Below are positions 59,401 to 64,000 of a stretch of DNA of 64,000 nt, in pieces. The notes below the pieces were generated by a model. That model did no database searches. It was not told where the DNA came from and saw nothing but the letters and a program-made list of their open reading frames with translations. Within the stretch, counting starts at the first letter, position 1, and each line of letters opens with the position of its first letter. The stretch is from Candidatus Omnitrophota bacterium (lineage in GTDB: Bacteria; Omnitrophota; Gorgyraeia; Gygaellales; Profunditerraquicolaceae), in contig JAKQWZ010000019.1 of NCBI GenBank assembly GCA_029561735.1, positions 19,388 to 83,387 of the forward strand. Direction: 5' to 3'. The position numbers and the translations under genes are program-made.

Positions 59401-62400
59401 GTCCGAAGCAAAAGTATCAGCTTGCGCCGGAGTAAGTTCGTCATAAAGCTGAGCCTCGCTCTTAGGTGATCCCATTGCCTCATTATAAGGTAAATCAACG
59501 ACTAACGCCTCACGCCTGCGTTTTTTGACGGCGTTATAAATCAGGTTATGTATAGAGGCATAAATGATGGTTTTAAAGCTCGAGAGGCATTTGAAATTGC
59601 GGCAGCATTTTAAAAATACTACTTCTAGATCAGCCAGCTCAATTTCCAGCTCTTCCAATCTAAAGCCAAATCCGGCGGCGAAAGTAAAGGCAGTGCCCAT
59701 TAAATAGGTATTCAGGCCTTTTTTGCAGTCTTCATTGATAAACCTCTGTACTTCTTGACGCGCTGCCTCGCTCTTAAAGCCGATTTTATCGTCTTCTATC
59801 TGCACCCTAGCCAGATCCGGCCCGCCGCCGTAATTTATCGGGCCGTCATACGGAGCCACATCCGGCCTTGACCCGCCTTCGCTAGTAATAGAAGAAATTA
59901 CCTCGGAAGGATGCGTATAAAACACCTGTTCATAAATGCTGTAGCCTTTATCCAGATCAATGCTGCCAACGCGCTCCCTGAAACACAGAGGAAAGATTAT
60001 TTGCGGCTCCCCGGGCAATTTTGTCATTTGTAGAATAAAGTGCGCGTCTTTAGCCTCAACTGTCTTGATGCCAACTGCCCTGCATTGTTTATTAAGAAAA
60101 TCTATAATTCTGTCGTAATCAACGCTTGTGACAATGGCACTGTTATCAGTATTCCTGGAGTTTAATATCTTGCGCGGGTCAAAATGCAAAGAGGATATCC
60201 CGTCTACCTGCAAAATCCGATGCGCCTCTTCAAAAGCAATAACCGGATCATAAACGTAAGGCAAGGCATAAGTAGACATTACTATATGGAATGAATCATA
60301 GGCAAAAGGCAGGTTCTGACTGTCCGCGCAGACAACATGAATCCCTTTCCCGCGTAATTCTTCGCTGCGCTGCTGTGAACTAAAATTACGCAGCGTTGTG
60401 CCCACCACAAAGATCTTATCGCCGAAAACCTCTTTAATTTCTTCCAAGGCAACTGCCCGGCCGCAGCCGATATCGAGTATACGCAGTGGATTTTCAGCAG
60501 AAGCGTTGAAATATTTTATCATTGCCGAAATTATGTTATAGAAATTTACTCCGTGGATTTCGTTATATCCGTCCTCTCCGCGCACTCCCCGTAGAGTCTT
60601 CATCTTACCGGATAATTTTCCTGATTGAAATACTGCCCCCAGGCCCTCAATATATTGCTGGCTCGAATAGAATTTACGATATTCCGGGTCATTGCGGCGC
60701 CCATACTGACGCATAGCATGAACACTGCGCCAAACTTCATCTACAACAGGTTTAACCGGCTCTTCTGTTTCAGGAGCAACAATGCTTTCTTCTTTAATTA
60801 CTCCCTGCCAATAGGCAAAATTCTCTGTCTCCAAAGCCACAAACTCATCTATATCGCTTCTTAATCCTCTATTTCTTCCTGCGACAAAAGCCGGGAATAG
60901 AACCGCGTAATACTGCCGGCTATCCAGGAGGCCTGAATCTACCAAGGATTTTCCGAATTTAAAATAGGCGCAAGCTGCCTCAAGCACATCGTCATTGATA
61001 TTGGCTTCCTGCAAAAGATGTTCTACTGTCTCCCCTACGTAACAGAATGCCTTGGCATACTGATTGGCATCCATAACTAAATGCAGGAAACGCAGACTCT
61101 CTTCTTCGCGCATAAGGCATTCACCGCTAGCTATCATCAGAGGCAGATACAAAGGCTTGTCGCCTGCGGAATAAGAAAAATTGTATTCCGGAAAATCTTC
61201 ACAAATAAAAGCATTACTGTCTAAACCTGATAATTCTCCCAAGCCGCGCCTAATTATACGCTCGTGCATGCGCGTGCCAGGAAAAGATATAACTTGCGGG
61301 CTAATCGGGCCTAAGCCGCCTTCCAGTGCCGGCATAACAATACGGCTTACCCGGCGTAAAGCATCAATATCTTCCGAAGAAACAGAACCCGGATTAACCA
61401 GAATATAATTTGCATCCTGACTGCCGCGCATAAGCTCTATTACGCCCTCCGTAAGATCCTGCCTGTGTTCACTTGCTCCGTTTAATATAACCAGCCTCGT
61501 TTTTTCTTTGAAACTGCGGTCATCCACAGCCACCGCCAGATTACGAATAGTCTCAAGCACGTCCTTAAGCCGGGTGTCAATGTTGGTTAAAATAAGATAC
61601 TGAATACTGGGGATGCCCAGATGGCGCAGGCATACCACTACTTTTAAGATATCTTCAAACTTGTAACCCTTATTTTGCCGCGCCAATTCTTCGTCGGTAA
61701 ATGCATCTGTGCCGATGGCTAATCCCATCTCCGAGAATATATAGTTATTTTCGCCGTAAAGCGCATGCAATTTCTGCACAAAGTCCGTGTTGATCTCATT
61801 TTGTACTTTTCCCGCAGCATCACTGTGTTTCTCCAGAAATACATTATCGGAAGTCTGGATATGGCGCACGCGCAATTTCGCTAAACCCGGATCACTTGCC
61901 CATTTCCTTAATATCTCCAAACCGCGCTCACCGCACTCTGCCAGGAAAAAGTCATCATCTACAAAATCCACCACACAGAAATTTTCTATATCTATACCAT
62001 GAGTTTGTGCATACTCCGCAAACCTCTTCAACTCCCTTATCACTGCTTCAGGCGGCATTGCCCTCACATGCTTTCCATGCACGGCGGAACAGAAAACACA
62101 CCCACGGTTACAGCCGCGCGAAGTCATCAGCTGCAGAATAATTGGCGGCGTGTTGGTTAGATCAAGGAAAGAATAATCAAGTTCGAGGTTGGTTAACTCT
62201 TCGACACTAAGGCGATTGGGCTGGCCGCTTGCGCAGTCTATCAATACATTGCCCTGTCTGAAGATAAATCCTCCGAGTTCCAACAGCTCCGTTAATATCC
62301 GGCTGGGAACGCTGTGGCTACCCATGATCTTAAGCATTCCCGGAAAAACAATTTCTGCTTCTCCGGCAAAAACAATATTCGCCTCGGGAAGCTGGGCCGC

Positions 62401-63987
62401 GCAAATTTCAGGCGTCATAGTTGCCATCGGCCCGCCCACAGCAATAAGCAACTCTGGGAACCGCTTACGGATATGCGCTAATAATATCTGCATCTCATCA
62501 AGCCCGGCAGCATAAACAGTAAATCCGAGAAGAGACGGATTTGCTTTTTCAATAGCCGCGTCAATTTCAGTGAATAAAAACTTACCTTGATTTTTTTGTA
62601 TCCCCGCACAGGTTATTTCTGTAGGTATACCTGCTTTGCGCAAACTAGAGCCAAGATAATGGCTTGAGACTGAAATAGCACCCTGGTCCCTTCTATCACG
62701 AGAGAATACGGGATTGGAGAATAAAAGCACTTTGCTTTCTACTCCGGGCATAGCTAGATTACCGGCAACCCCTACTCTTGTTTCCTTTAACGCTTCTTTT
62801 GCTTGGTTAATATAAATCCTTTGCTCCTGCCTACTTAAATAAAGAAATTCCTGCTGCAGGCGGACGATCAAACGCGGATTATCCCATGAAATATCTTTCG
62901 CTATCTCTATAACTTCTTGTAGCGACTGAGAAGATCCGATATAAATGACACCGCCGCTTATTACCCTACTCTTAATCTCATCTTTAAAGATAACTTCCAT
63001 CGAGCGGATCAGCCTAAAATATGCCTGCGAAGGTATCTCTATCAATTCCGGATTAAAGGCAAGCCACTTGCCGGAACATCCTACCGGCTCCATAATAATT
63101 TTCCCCTCGTCATCAACCACAGGGATTCTTCTTATTGGTTCGCGGATCTCCTCACAAGCTGTGCCATCTTCTATTGCCGGCCCGCCGCCGTAATTTATCG
63201 GGCCGTCATAAGGTCCAACATCCGGCCTTGAGCCGCCTTCCGGATTATCCACAACGTAGGGGACTGTTCCTGCCTGCCGGCAGGCAGGTAAACCTCCCCT
63301 GCGGCTGTTAATAACTTCGAAATCCGGCGCGCCGGTAGGCGGCATTTGCTCCAGCACTTGCGGGCTTCCCAACTTATTGCTTATCCAGACATAATAATAA
63401 CGGATAAAACCGCAAAGCTCATAAAGATTGGCAGCAATTTCTCCCCAGCCGTAAAGATGCGCTGGCTCGTGAAATCTTTGTTTAGTATATTGAAGATTTT
63501 CCGGCAAATGCTTAAAGGCAGGGTCACAGAATATATGCGATATTCCTTCGTGGATAATTGATTGACTGACAGGCATAAACAGATACTTGATAATCAGCTT
63601 AACTTGCTCCAGCGGAGGGCCGCGCAAGCCATATTCTTTAATCATTGCTCTTAAAGTAAAAAGCCCGTTATACTGAAAATATATACTTGCGGCAAATATA
63701 GCCAAACCAATAATCCAGCCGTAGGCCAGTCCGATAAAAGATAAACTCAACAGATAAAGCGCACCTGCCAATGCCAGCGCTGCGGCAGCATTGGAAGGCA
63801 TAGATTGTGGCTGCCTACCTTGAGCCGGGTAATTTTTCAAATGGCTAAACATCAGAGAATATTTTGACCATAAGCGCAGGATAATTTTTACCGGGCCTTG
63901 GCCGCCGGATTTATATAATTTCCCGTCAATATATACTTGCCAATAAGCACCTGAATATTCTAATTCGGCTATATATTTATAATCCAC
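47482..63987 (-). CDS. Giant 5501-codon multi-module ORF. The upstream end is not closed within the window.
   Basis: 16,506 nt without a stop in the standard code. The ATG at 63985-63987 has no in-frame stop above it before the window edge. Recognisable modules, by protein position:
- N-terminal TM helices.
- B12-binding radical SAM at ~440-900 (CNRGCVFCSA).
- Class I SAM methyltransferase at ~1130-1330 (ILDIGCGRAVA).
- ECF-sigma-like sigma2+sigma4 at ~1395-1600 (REVVALAMQGYNLREIAGLLGVSVPTVKGR) followed by a TM helix.
- HELGH motif at ~2461.
- Kinase-like DMHKGN...ADFG at ~2780-2890.
- Second ECF-sigma-like module at ~3430-3600 (LSPIERLAFELKARMGDSYAEAAETLKV) followed by TM helices.
- Four tandem ~95-aa repeats at ~3780-4100.
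- TrmB-like MTase at ~4270-4420 (IGIELGFGNGK).
- HEAGH motif at ~4609.
- A C-terminal ~270-aa module.
REP palindromes are embedded in-frame. Whether it is translated as one polypeptide is unresolved. Confidence 0.6.
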   Translation of the reverse strand: MDYKYIAELEYSGAYWQVYIDGKLYKSGGQGPVKIILRLWSKYSLMFSHLKNYPAQGRQPQSMPSNAAAALALAGALYLLSLSFIGLAYGWIIGLAIFAASIYFQYNGLFTLRAMIKEYGLRGPPLEQVKLIIKYLFMPVSQSIIHEGISHIFCDPAFKHLPENLQYTKQRFHEPAHLYGWGEIAANLYELCGFIRYYYVWISNKLGSPQVLEQMPPTGAPDFEVINSRRGGLPACRQAGTVPYVVDNPEGGSRPDVGPYDGPINYGGGPAIEDGTACEEIREPIRRIPVVDDEGKIIMEPVGCSGKWLAFNPELIEIPSQAYFRLIRSMEVIFKDEIKSRVISGGVIYIGSSQSLQEVIEIAKDISWDNPRLIVRLQQEFLYLSRQEQRIYINQAKEALKETRVGVAGNLAMPGVESKVLLFSNPVFSRDRRDQGAISVSSHYLGSSLRKAGIPTEITCAGIQKNQGKFLFTEIDAAIEKANPSLLGFTVYAAGLDEMQILLAHIRKRFPELLIAVGGPMATMTPEICAAQLPEANIVFAGEAEIVFPGMLKIMGSHSVPSRILTELLELGGFIFRQGNVLIDCASGQPNRLSVEELTNLELDYSFLDLTNTPPIILQLMTSRGCNRGCVFCSAVHGKHVRAMPPEAVIRELKRFAEYAQTHGIDIENFCVVDFVDDDFFLAECGERGLEILRKWASDPGLAKLRVRHIQTSDNVFLEKHSDAAGKVQNEINTDFVQKLHALYGENNYIFSEMGLAIGTDAFTDEELARQNKGYKFEDILKVVVCLRHLGIPSIQYLILTNIDTRLKDVLETIRNLAVAVDDRSFKEKTRLVILNGASEHRQDLTEGVIELMRGSQDANYILVNPGSVSSEDIDALRRVSRIVMPALEGGLGPISPQVISFPGTRMHERIIRRGLGELSGLDSNAFICEDFPEYNFSYSAGDKPLYLPLMIASGECLMREEESLRFLHLVMDANQYAKAFCYVGETVEHLLQEANINDDVLEAACAYFKFGKSLVDSGLLDSRQYYAVLFPAFVAGRNRGLRSDIDEFVALETENFAYWQGVIKEESIVAPETEEPVKPVVDEVWRSVHAMRQYGRRNDPEYRKFYSSQQYIEGLGAVFQSGKLSGKMKTLRGVRGEDGYNEIHGVNFYNIISAMIKYFNASAENPLRILDIGCGRAVALEEIKEVFGDKIFVVGTTLRNFSSQQRSEELRGKGIHVVCADSQNLPFAYDSFHIVMSTYALPYVYDPVIAFEEAHRILQVDGISSLHFDPRKILNSRNTDNSAIVTSVDYDRIIDFLNKQCRAVGIKTVEAKDAHFILQMTKLPGEPQIIFPLCFRERVGSIDLDKGYSIYEQVFYTHPSEVISSITSEGGSRPDVAPYDGPINYGGGPDLARVQIEDDKIGFKSEAARQEVQRFINEDCKKGLNTYLMGTAFTFAAGFGFRLEELEIELADLEVVFLKCCRNFKCLSSFKTIIYASIHNLIYNAVKKRRREALVVDLPYNEAMGSPKSEAQLYDELTPAQADTFASDMACAEQVLAIQDIIRSLPSERREVVALAMQGYNLREIAGLLGVSVPTVKGRFYRANLTINRRMAKLWPGWGNQSSGKQFSFSPQEFAKTIRSLMRDNPDDLWKGMGCLGFVAIGWPGSLSEWLVILAITWIAISVIYVSCVLVKEARYARQKRNEFKARSGYTDMQIKYFEGLLAKYFYKGRAHLTDKELLSIYYFVLDRDSQQALHLYSQIIEEGKQLSERAAQVTNVPAAKSGMPFLLVLPFAGMLDGFYSGGLEQFWKSVQPHAPPAGAAELIAIVGLAVLAMLVIAGFFQKKPNVIGSAVPKVVAPVTEDGTVFASEYIWPEDLKEQAQFILALREKLLQGISENQLKREIELLKEEFKDIKSKDIPPELVGRTFSIAAEVIRRQAGYIISPDQIVEALLVWPTRIGEYHWHCLDEIIFSILDVSIAATELVICNINYLDQQSWKNVKRVYSYLGIDISDKFKCQANSLSVQVRKFIYKLFGWPMDLVGFLGIAPGSWGGWERGRNWREHNDIEEKILSQNERIKELAQSTNYWQHTAAADYGGKYNLLNIMLVGRIHPGLDSRIGVKSFTLVLLFGLGVFCLYHCNYSIVFYLLGAIALRNLIYLAKYYCDGSSFARGFEGETIEEFSRCGYLFMRGFQYRAIVKEAAAYPWYHYIFGIPRKLHLIYLIIDEEKEFFESGLKVAKEGRAISQDLYEELLARVVTHSDLIEANGNIEKLLEQRGIVEQGKSRINWAPLFRFVVLPLLVLLFIASPAFSIPLVTCNLPLATSFAGLIAIAGLALWKLSGGGSNNSVPVSARESAETEPKCGAIGKYESIEIESLEILPDDQVIIKAMIRRFGAKQKEEATIHGIRAPPERFADFTRIGISDIDSALEIILVDITEDPRSLLIEIDRSLDIPGFAAMYDGAPVVGLHSSIFDNPLAQFHELGHAANAAELITADEILAFVTDQRFYEQKLEENGFTPENVPESVKCHYALRALQHQVFHGHDEIFHRVISLHKEAKELSCWPELFTRVKDWFYRLSGKIRTAVSEKPMQVILLGVVLIFFTQLSPEGTPLKVISEPSLLAVCLIAVIATSCSKFTFLDSGEDIAVSSFAQKHPGILNLFIDMQNLRELIHLGSELRQEYPPEISAKDPRPPLQYALDNGIYTHLFGDVYMTPITESFRRMIIFIMQSGVVTDAMEFKMTGDMFEYGRHLLSESDFDVSADLVNNFGANAGVTLPIFKLVNTDCVIDAFGRQIVYTAQGPLVITAFEYQDAKRLENIRPDMLDFEQAQSVSEQVLSILARLHALGWINSRMKTSVLGNGTITAPRSDMHKGNFRLIREPDGKLKIMHVADFGLAFKDIGLAQEQMYLEDDDTIHSEVFPMIDDLMGYFRYPAVPPHNIPAFNPAYRNKRAELERFYAEEFWAAKAVADNLLLDSKGRIGVIAAVVVGLLALAALLFGRELVASLGTVLNSLTEAFLSGTPLKVISEPSLLVGLPVLFGLVQNGSVVPVITDQELSREIIRIVTNPQASVKGLRPVWRETLKLYYLEALTEEQIAANFELERVQNIAAYRCDGVKAVARALGEAKSRVYQILESELDKKIIGPVLTKDRLADLPKYLGQIIVELEAVIAGGWVIDGLKFTKDNTAILKAYFVDKQNMPAIMQAMDKTKDSVFSMRNVAAKNLVKLLEKYGVDADKVRAILADMAPVRIYSSSGQRKSGWHISGVGRALKSLEVRKLEIEAEMQPQVFETHTGLDFIAQSPGEWEEEIRRDADNAVAEFKKAKEVERLAQKEASKAARISRQQERAEQKARLERRRREAIVAKHQQMMWKQYVAYVVRRQIGLTLEAEAMAAEANQPAESALSDVELVQAEKQLANDEVALFIEAGRKKERRDILRRITRRSNELNGFGESEEDILEKHRWIARIEAVKTHRDYPGLETDELIVLCEERMDQALRSGRYDHNKGSLAKYLRGAAQNAMRSAIKSYLRDPNNLSLNGYRFEDDSEEIGDQLPDPPAEDAFMHSINQEVLRQLIAAANLSPIERLAFELKARMGDSYAEAAETLKVGVKKIDNALQRAKTKIIKALQSSAGESGLLAGILILALLSLLVHHHSSFGLFVSPVFCLGALLGQEKATQQATPWRKESIIELARLDRMIQEGKTEELLAECLNRALYCVDNFIAAGAIAPDNWEDFIHRAMVRIYHRQPEGTEQEDLVSLPVAIGAMPEKIFTDFIQKRQFTLWRKIPERAQKRFIELAAAELGKLPGQFKSEDYRKPIAILGNRQLSGLFSYYARQHQPATPDEINRLIMKKLGIKQQGLSFSEWVEKVKSGMLHCWSEAPLDIQREFVEEAAKERGKLSFQVMVYNFVAPLKLLAGKSLGGMLTYYCRRYPELSRPEVVLKIKEVLGIKEHPVSAEEWIRFFIRQKHFDKWEQVPLDVQRYFIELALKHKKKDAGELSSTDFTLKVKALGNKSLMSLWKYYRKQYPKESAADVLAHIKERIGLNQNLTLDYFVKKLSKGRINRWDNVPEDIQIGFIRLLVEELGRPVEKLADFSVPIKRCAGKTLGGLLMHYRLKEKTSRGMPVGLQRLIDLAQPRFGVGHAFANDGAFFTNTSWRLGAGEDSRMCVRIARHKLWQQGAIELAVYENDLSGAADKLLFSVEDDEDGELWIKRSLTARPKIWRYPFEVYHKLGGNTQIKAYYELRSGDFIFVLIPGSDIEQVRQLENSYTIKYSEKRYGVGHAFANDPAFFEGQEATSSDRAIGIELGFGNGKAAIQRAINNPDIDYYLIEVDQYLVEKLQTEADKLGIKNIHIFHGDSLRVLQGQIEPSTADFVIVQFPNLNGDDAVFKYTSRKKPTESFYANLNGILAVLKPGGKLYLETEYARLVRDLKNAGRKLGLRYSDARKSEFFVQQHAASFYHDMFTQDKVRIYYSLFEKPLPAPAVDFQKAVERVRVDHNLDNWQEVKPYLAELLKRFIDPGSKEAAEIVKKIKGYSINSMRNYMLRQRNCIALAELINISLYLSLLYPVLHSHHWFIFYVMTIVSGMFSWFSLDYVIDTQKEINNLPDCMINGQHSRYGKYISLQDHWQKHTFCHEAGHFLECALGLCDSDTNNCFATCFAVLASGWVRQGDNYEQGSNFGSTLVGLPQEEAIKRVREYILAFNPQGTELIEVEEVEGKIGYCLGEQLAGMIRKIYPQQDPDAFDFLINVFRGIDPGPEPLLMIPSCPGVQCLEIKQEETKSQLYLLDEEIKLARFSRGSAYRRWQLEGLIAHSAADAGNVNDVAIDLSRQTKKSVLVIGMARSGVPYVWAIDQWWQQLENPEQAKLEFDRLAAQLSQQRRIPLKQAEFILAQEWLDEGKIEYYLDTTIEVLPSLHESEADLIFMDKWAEIVAQSTVNLLFVDDSMGGDGLMDTTYKEVDCWEQIPYPASFKYLLRNLFPLIHLRFNRSNWRGRVCQRYFYVSGENRLAIPWQKDDFTIVMLRAGRSFSYELGKDRPCDDPCSLGCHNLWWNNIDSIFGDEINRLRYPKRQFEYNVYVNTSIGRMYLHHYIELEFKELSGWFERNNTDLLTYAFEIGYIKGGTPACRQGRVLKSLTEVSPDKGQSPLSAQQNDTAGTVPTAIEDLGGTYPAEGKRPEPPADGGCGAPRRSKPNGSGSGFPRQNEKEGSVMPKSQVKDGLTIPTDEDIDQMIINSADINMQPCCINHDLTNALVQLCLDNPLLIERVASRLLVILGSNPDRLVKNAIAEIVIMMLWLSFKTNNPAFAIKFVSDKDLPFLELLKEAFNIYADMTTAQWGTTLTGHDTNLGEGFIMRALNRNVYLIEHNNRFVAVAGAILTTSDNSLYLSISTFCQNFYERVKTWCKIVDWAAQQAGQGNYVALRYPLTKPQLSLLLHCQARGIFEYVETVIADVEDAMKFNSSGQDWQRIESRGRMPVELAPACNLFVRGKVGTVLKSLTEVSPSKGQSPSSPEVNNGSSGTVPVGRIR
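47501..47596. repeat. REP cluster (two family-B gggactgtcccc units plus one family-A unit) inside the 3' end of the giant ORF, immediately before the PilZ start
   Basis: gggactgtcccc (47501-47512), ggggactgtccc (47543-47554), ggggacacttctgtgagggatttcagaaccgtccct (47561-47596). Translated as VGTVLKSLTEVSPSKGQSPSSPEVNNGSSGTVP. Confidence 0.6.
48590..48705. repeat. REP cluster (B, B, A) with a nested family-C palindrome inserted into the A unit
   Basis: The cluster has the same B...B...A organisation as 47501-47596. The A unit ggggacacttctgtgagagatttcagaacc is interrupted by ctgccttgccggcaggcagg (48677-48696), then resumes with cgtccct. Confidence 0.6.
54963..55036. repeat. Family-A REP dimer (REPIN-like: forward unit, 11-nt spacer, reverse unit) in-frame in the giant ORF
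   Basis: gggacggttctgaaattaccttcaaaggtgtcccc gacaggaacgc ttctgtgagggaattcagaaccgtccct. Encodes GTVLNSLTEAFLSGTPLKVISEPSLL between two hydrophobic segments. Confidence 0.6.
56193..56266. repeat. Family-A REP unit plus a decayed partner copy in-frame in the giant ORF
   Basis: gggacggttctgaaattaccttcaaaggtgtcccc followed by the degenerate gtgtaaagaaaatcaaaaccacccct. Encodes EGTPLKVISEPSLL. Confidence 0.55.
59817..59880. repeat. 64-nt coding repeat, copy 1 (copy 2 at 63177..63240)
   Basis: ccggcccgccgccgtaatttatcgggccgtcata is identical in both copies and ~90% identity holds over 64 nt. Encodes GGSRPDV(A/G)PYDGPINYGGGP at giant-ORF residues ~1371-1390 and ~251-270. Confidence 0.7.
63177..63240. 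repeat. 64-nt coding repeat, copy 2
   Basis: See 59817..59880. This copy lies directly adjacent to the B/C element at 63258-63300. Confidence 0.7.
63258..63300. repeat. Family-B-like unit fused to a family-C palindrome in-frame in the giant ORF
   Basis: ggggactgttcc tgcctgccggcaggcagg taaacctcccct. Encodes GGLPACRQAGTVPYV. Confidence 0.5.
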
Positions 63988-64000
63988 TTCATTTTTCCAT

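Noticed and set aside
47501-63300. Possible CRISPR array, given the repeated ~35-nt palindromic units
   Set aside because: The units are dispersed kilobases apart in both orientations. They are not regularly spaced by unique spacers, and they match the hairpins flanking a RAYT transposase gene. They are REP elements, not CRISPR repeats. No cas genes are present.
47482-63987. Giant ORF as an artefact of a reassigned stop codon or a non-coding region
   Set aside because: Codon reassignment would shorten ORFs under the standard table, not lengthen them. All other genes end in standard stops. Multiple well-known motifs (CxxxCxxC, sigma region 4, methyltransferase motif I) appear in this frame, while the plus-strand ORFs here are all short shadow ORFs.

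Overview
This is a 64-kb bacterial chromosomal segment, about 45% GC by eye. It uses the standard genetic code (ordinary-sized genes end at TAA/TAG/TGA), and every recognisable gene except one lies on the minus strand.

Gene content from left to right:
- **Trehalose operon (treT, unknown gene, otsB, otsA):** the OtsA synthase is fused to a membrane sensor plus HAMP module.
- **nadE.**
- **12-gene hydrogenase operon:** a group-4 energy-converting [NiFe] hydrogenase (Mbh/Ech type) with an Mrp-like antiporter module and a maturation protease. It is preceded by a GAF-ANTAR regulator.
- **Aminotransferase and Lrp/AsnC regulator.**
- **Pho regulon block:** phoU, pstB, a second pstB with a degenerate signature motif, pstA, pstC, pstS, a small outer-membrane protein, phoR and phoB. 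Candidate Pho boxes lie upstream of pstS and the outer-membrane protein gene.
- **queG-like gene and mnmG.**
- **The single plus-strand gene:** an IS200-like REP-associated tyrosine transposase (RAYT) flanked by inverted hairpin REP elements.
- **apgM and nrdJ:** cofactor-independent phosphoglycerate mutase and class II ribonucleotide reductase, with an NrdR-box-like palindrome upstream of nrdJ.
- **Glycan-utilisation locus:**
  - LacI and ROK regulators.
  - Two paralogous clan GH-A glycoside hydrolases.
  - A protein with tandem carbohydrate-binding-like domains.
  - A sugar ABC importer.
  - A tandem-PilZ protein.

The most unusual feature is a continuous 16.5-kb open reading frame (47482..63987, 5501 codons; it may continue past the window edge). 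It encodes a multi-module protein containing:
- a B12-binding radical-SAM domain,
- two SAM methyltransferase domains, one of them TrmB-like,
- two ECF-sigma-like modules, each followed by transmembrane helices,
- a kinase-like domain and two HExxH motifs,
- four tandem ~95-aa repeats.

The same REP palindromes that flank the RAYT gene are embedded in this frame at module boundaries and read through as peptide. Other small palindromic or duplicated elements are also embedded in-frame. There are no CRISPR arrays, rRNA or tRNA genes, or prophage signatures. Any assignment to a candidate phylum known for giant genes is inference only.
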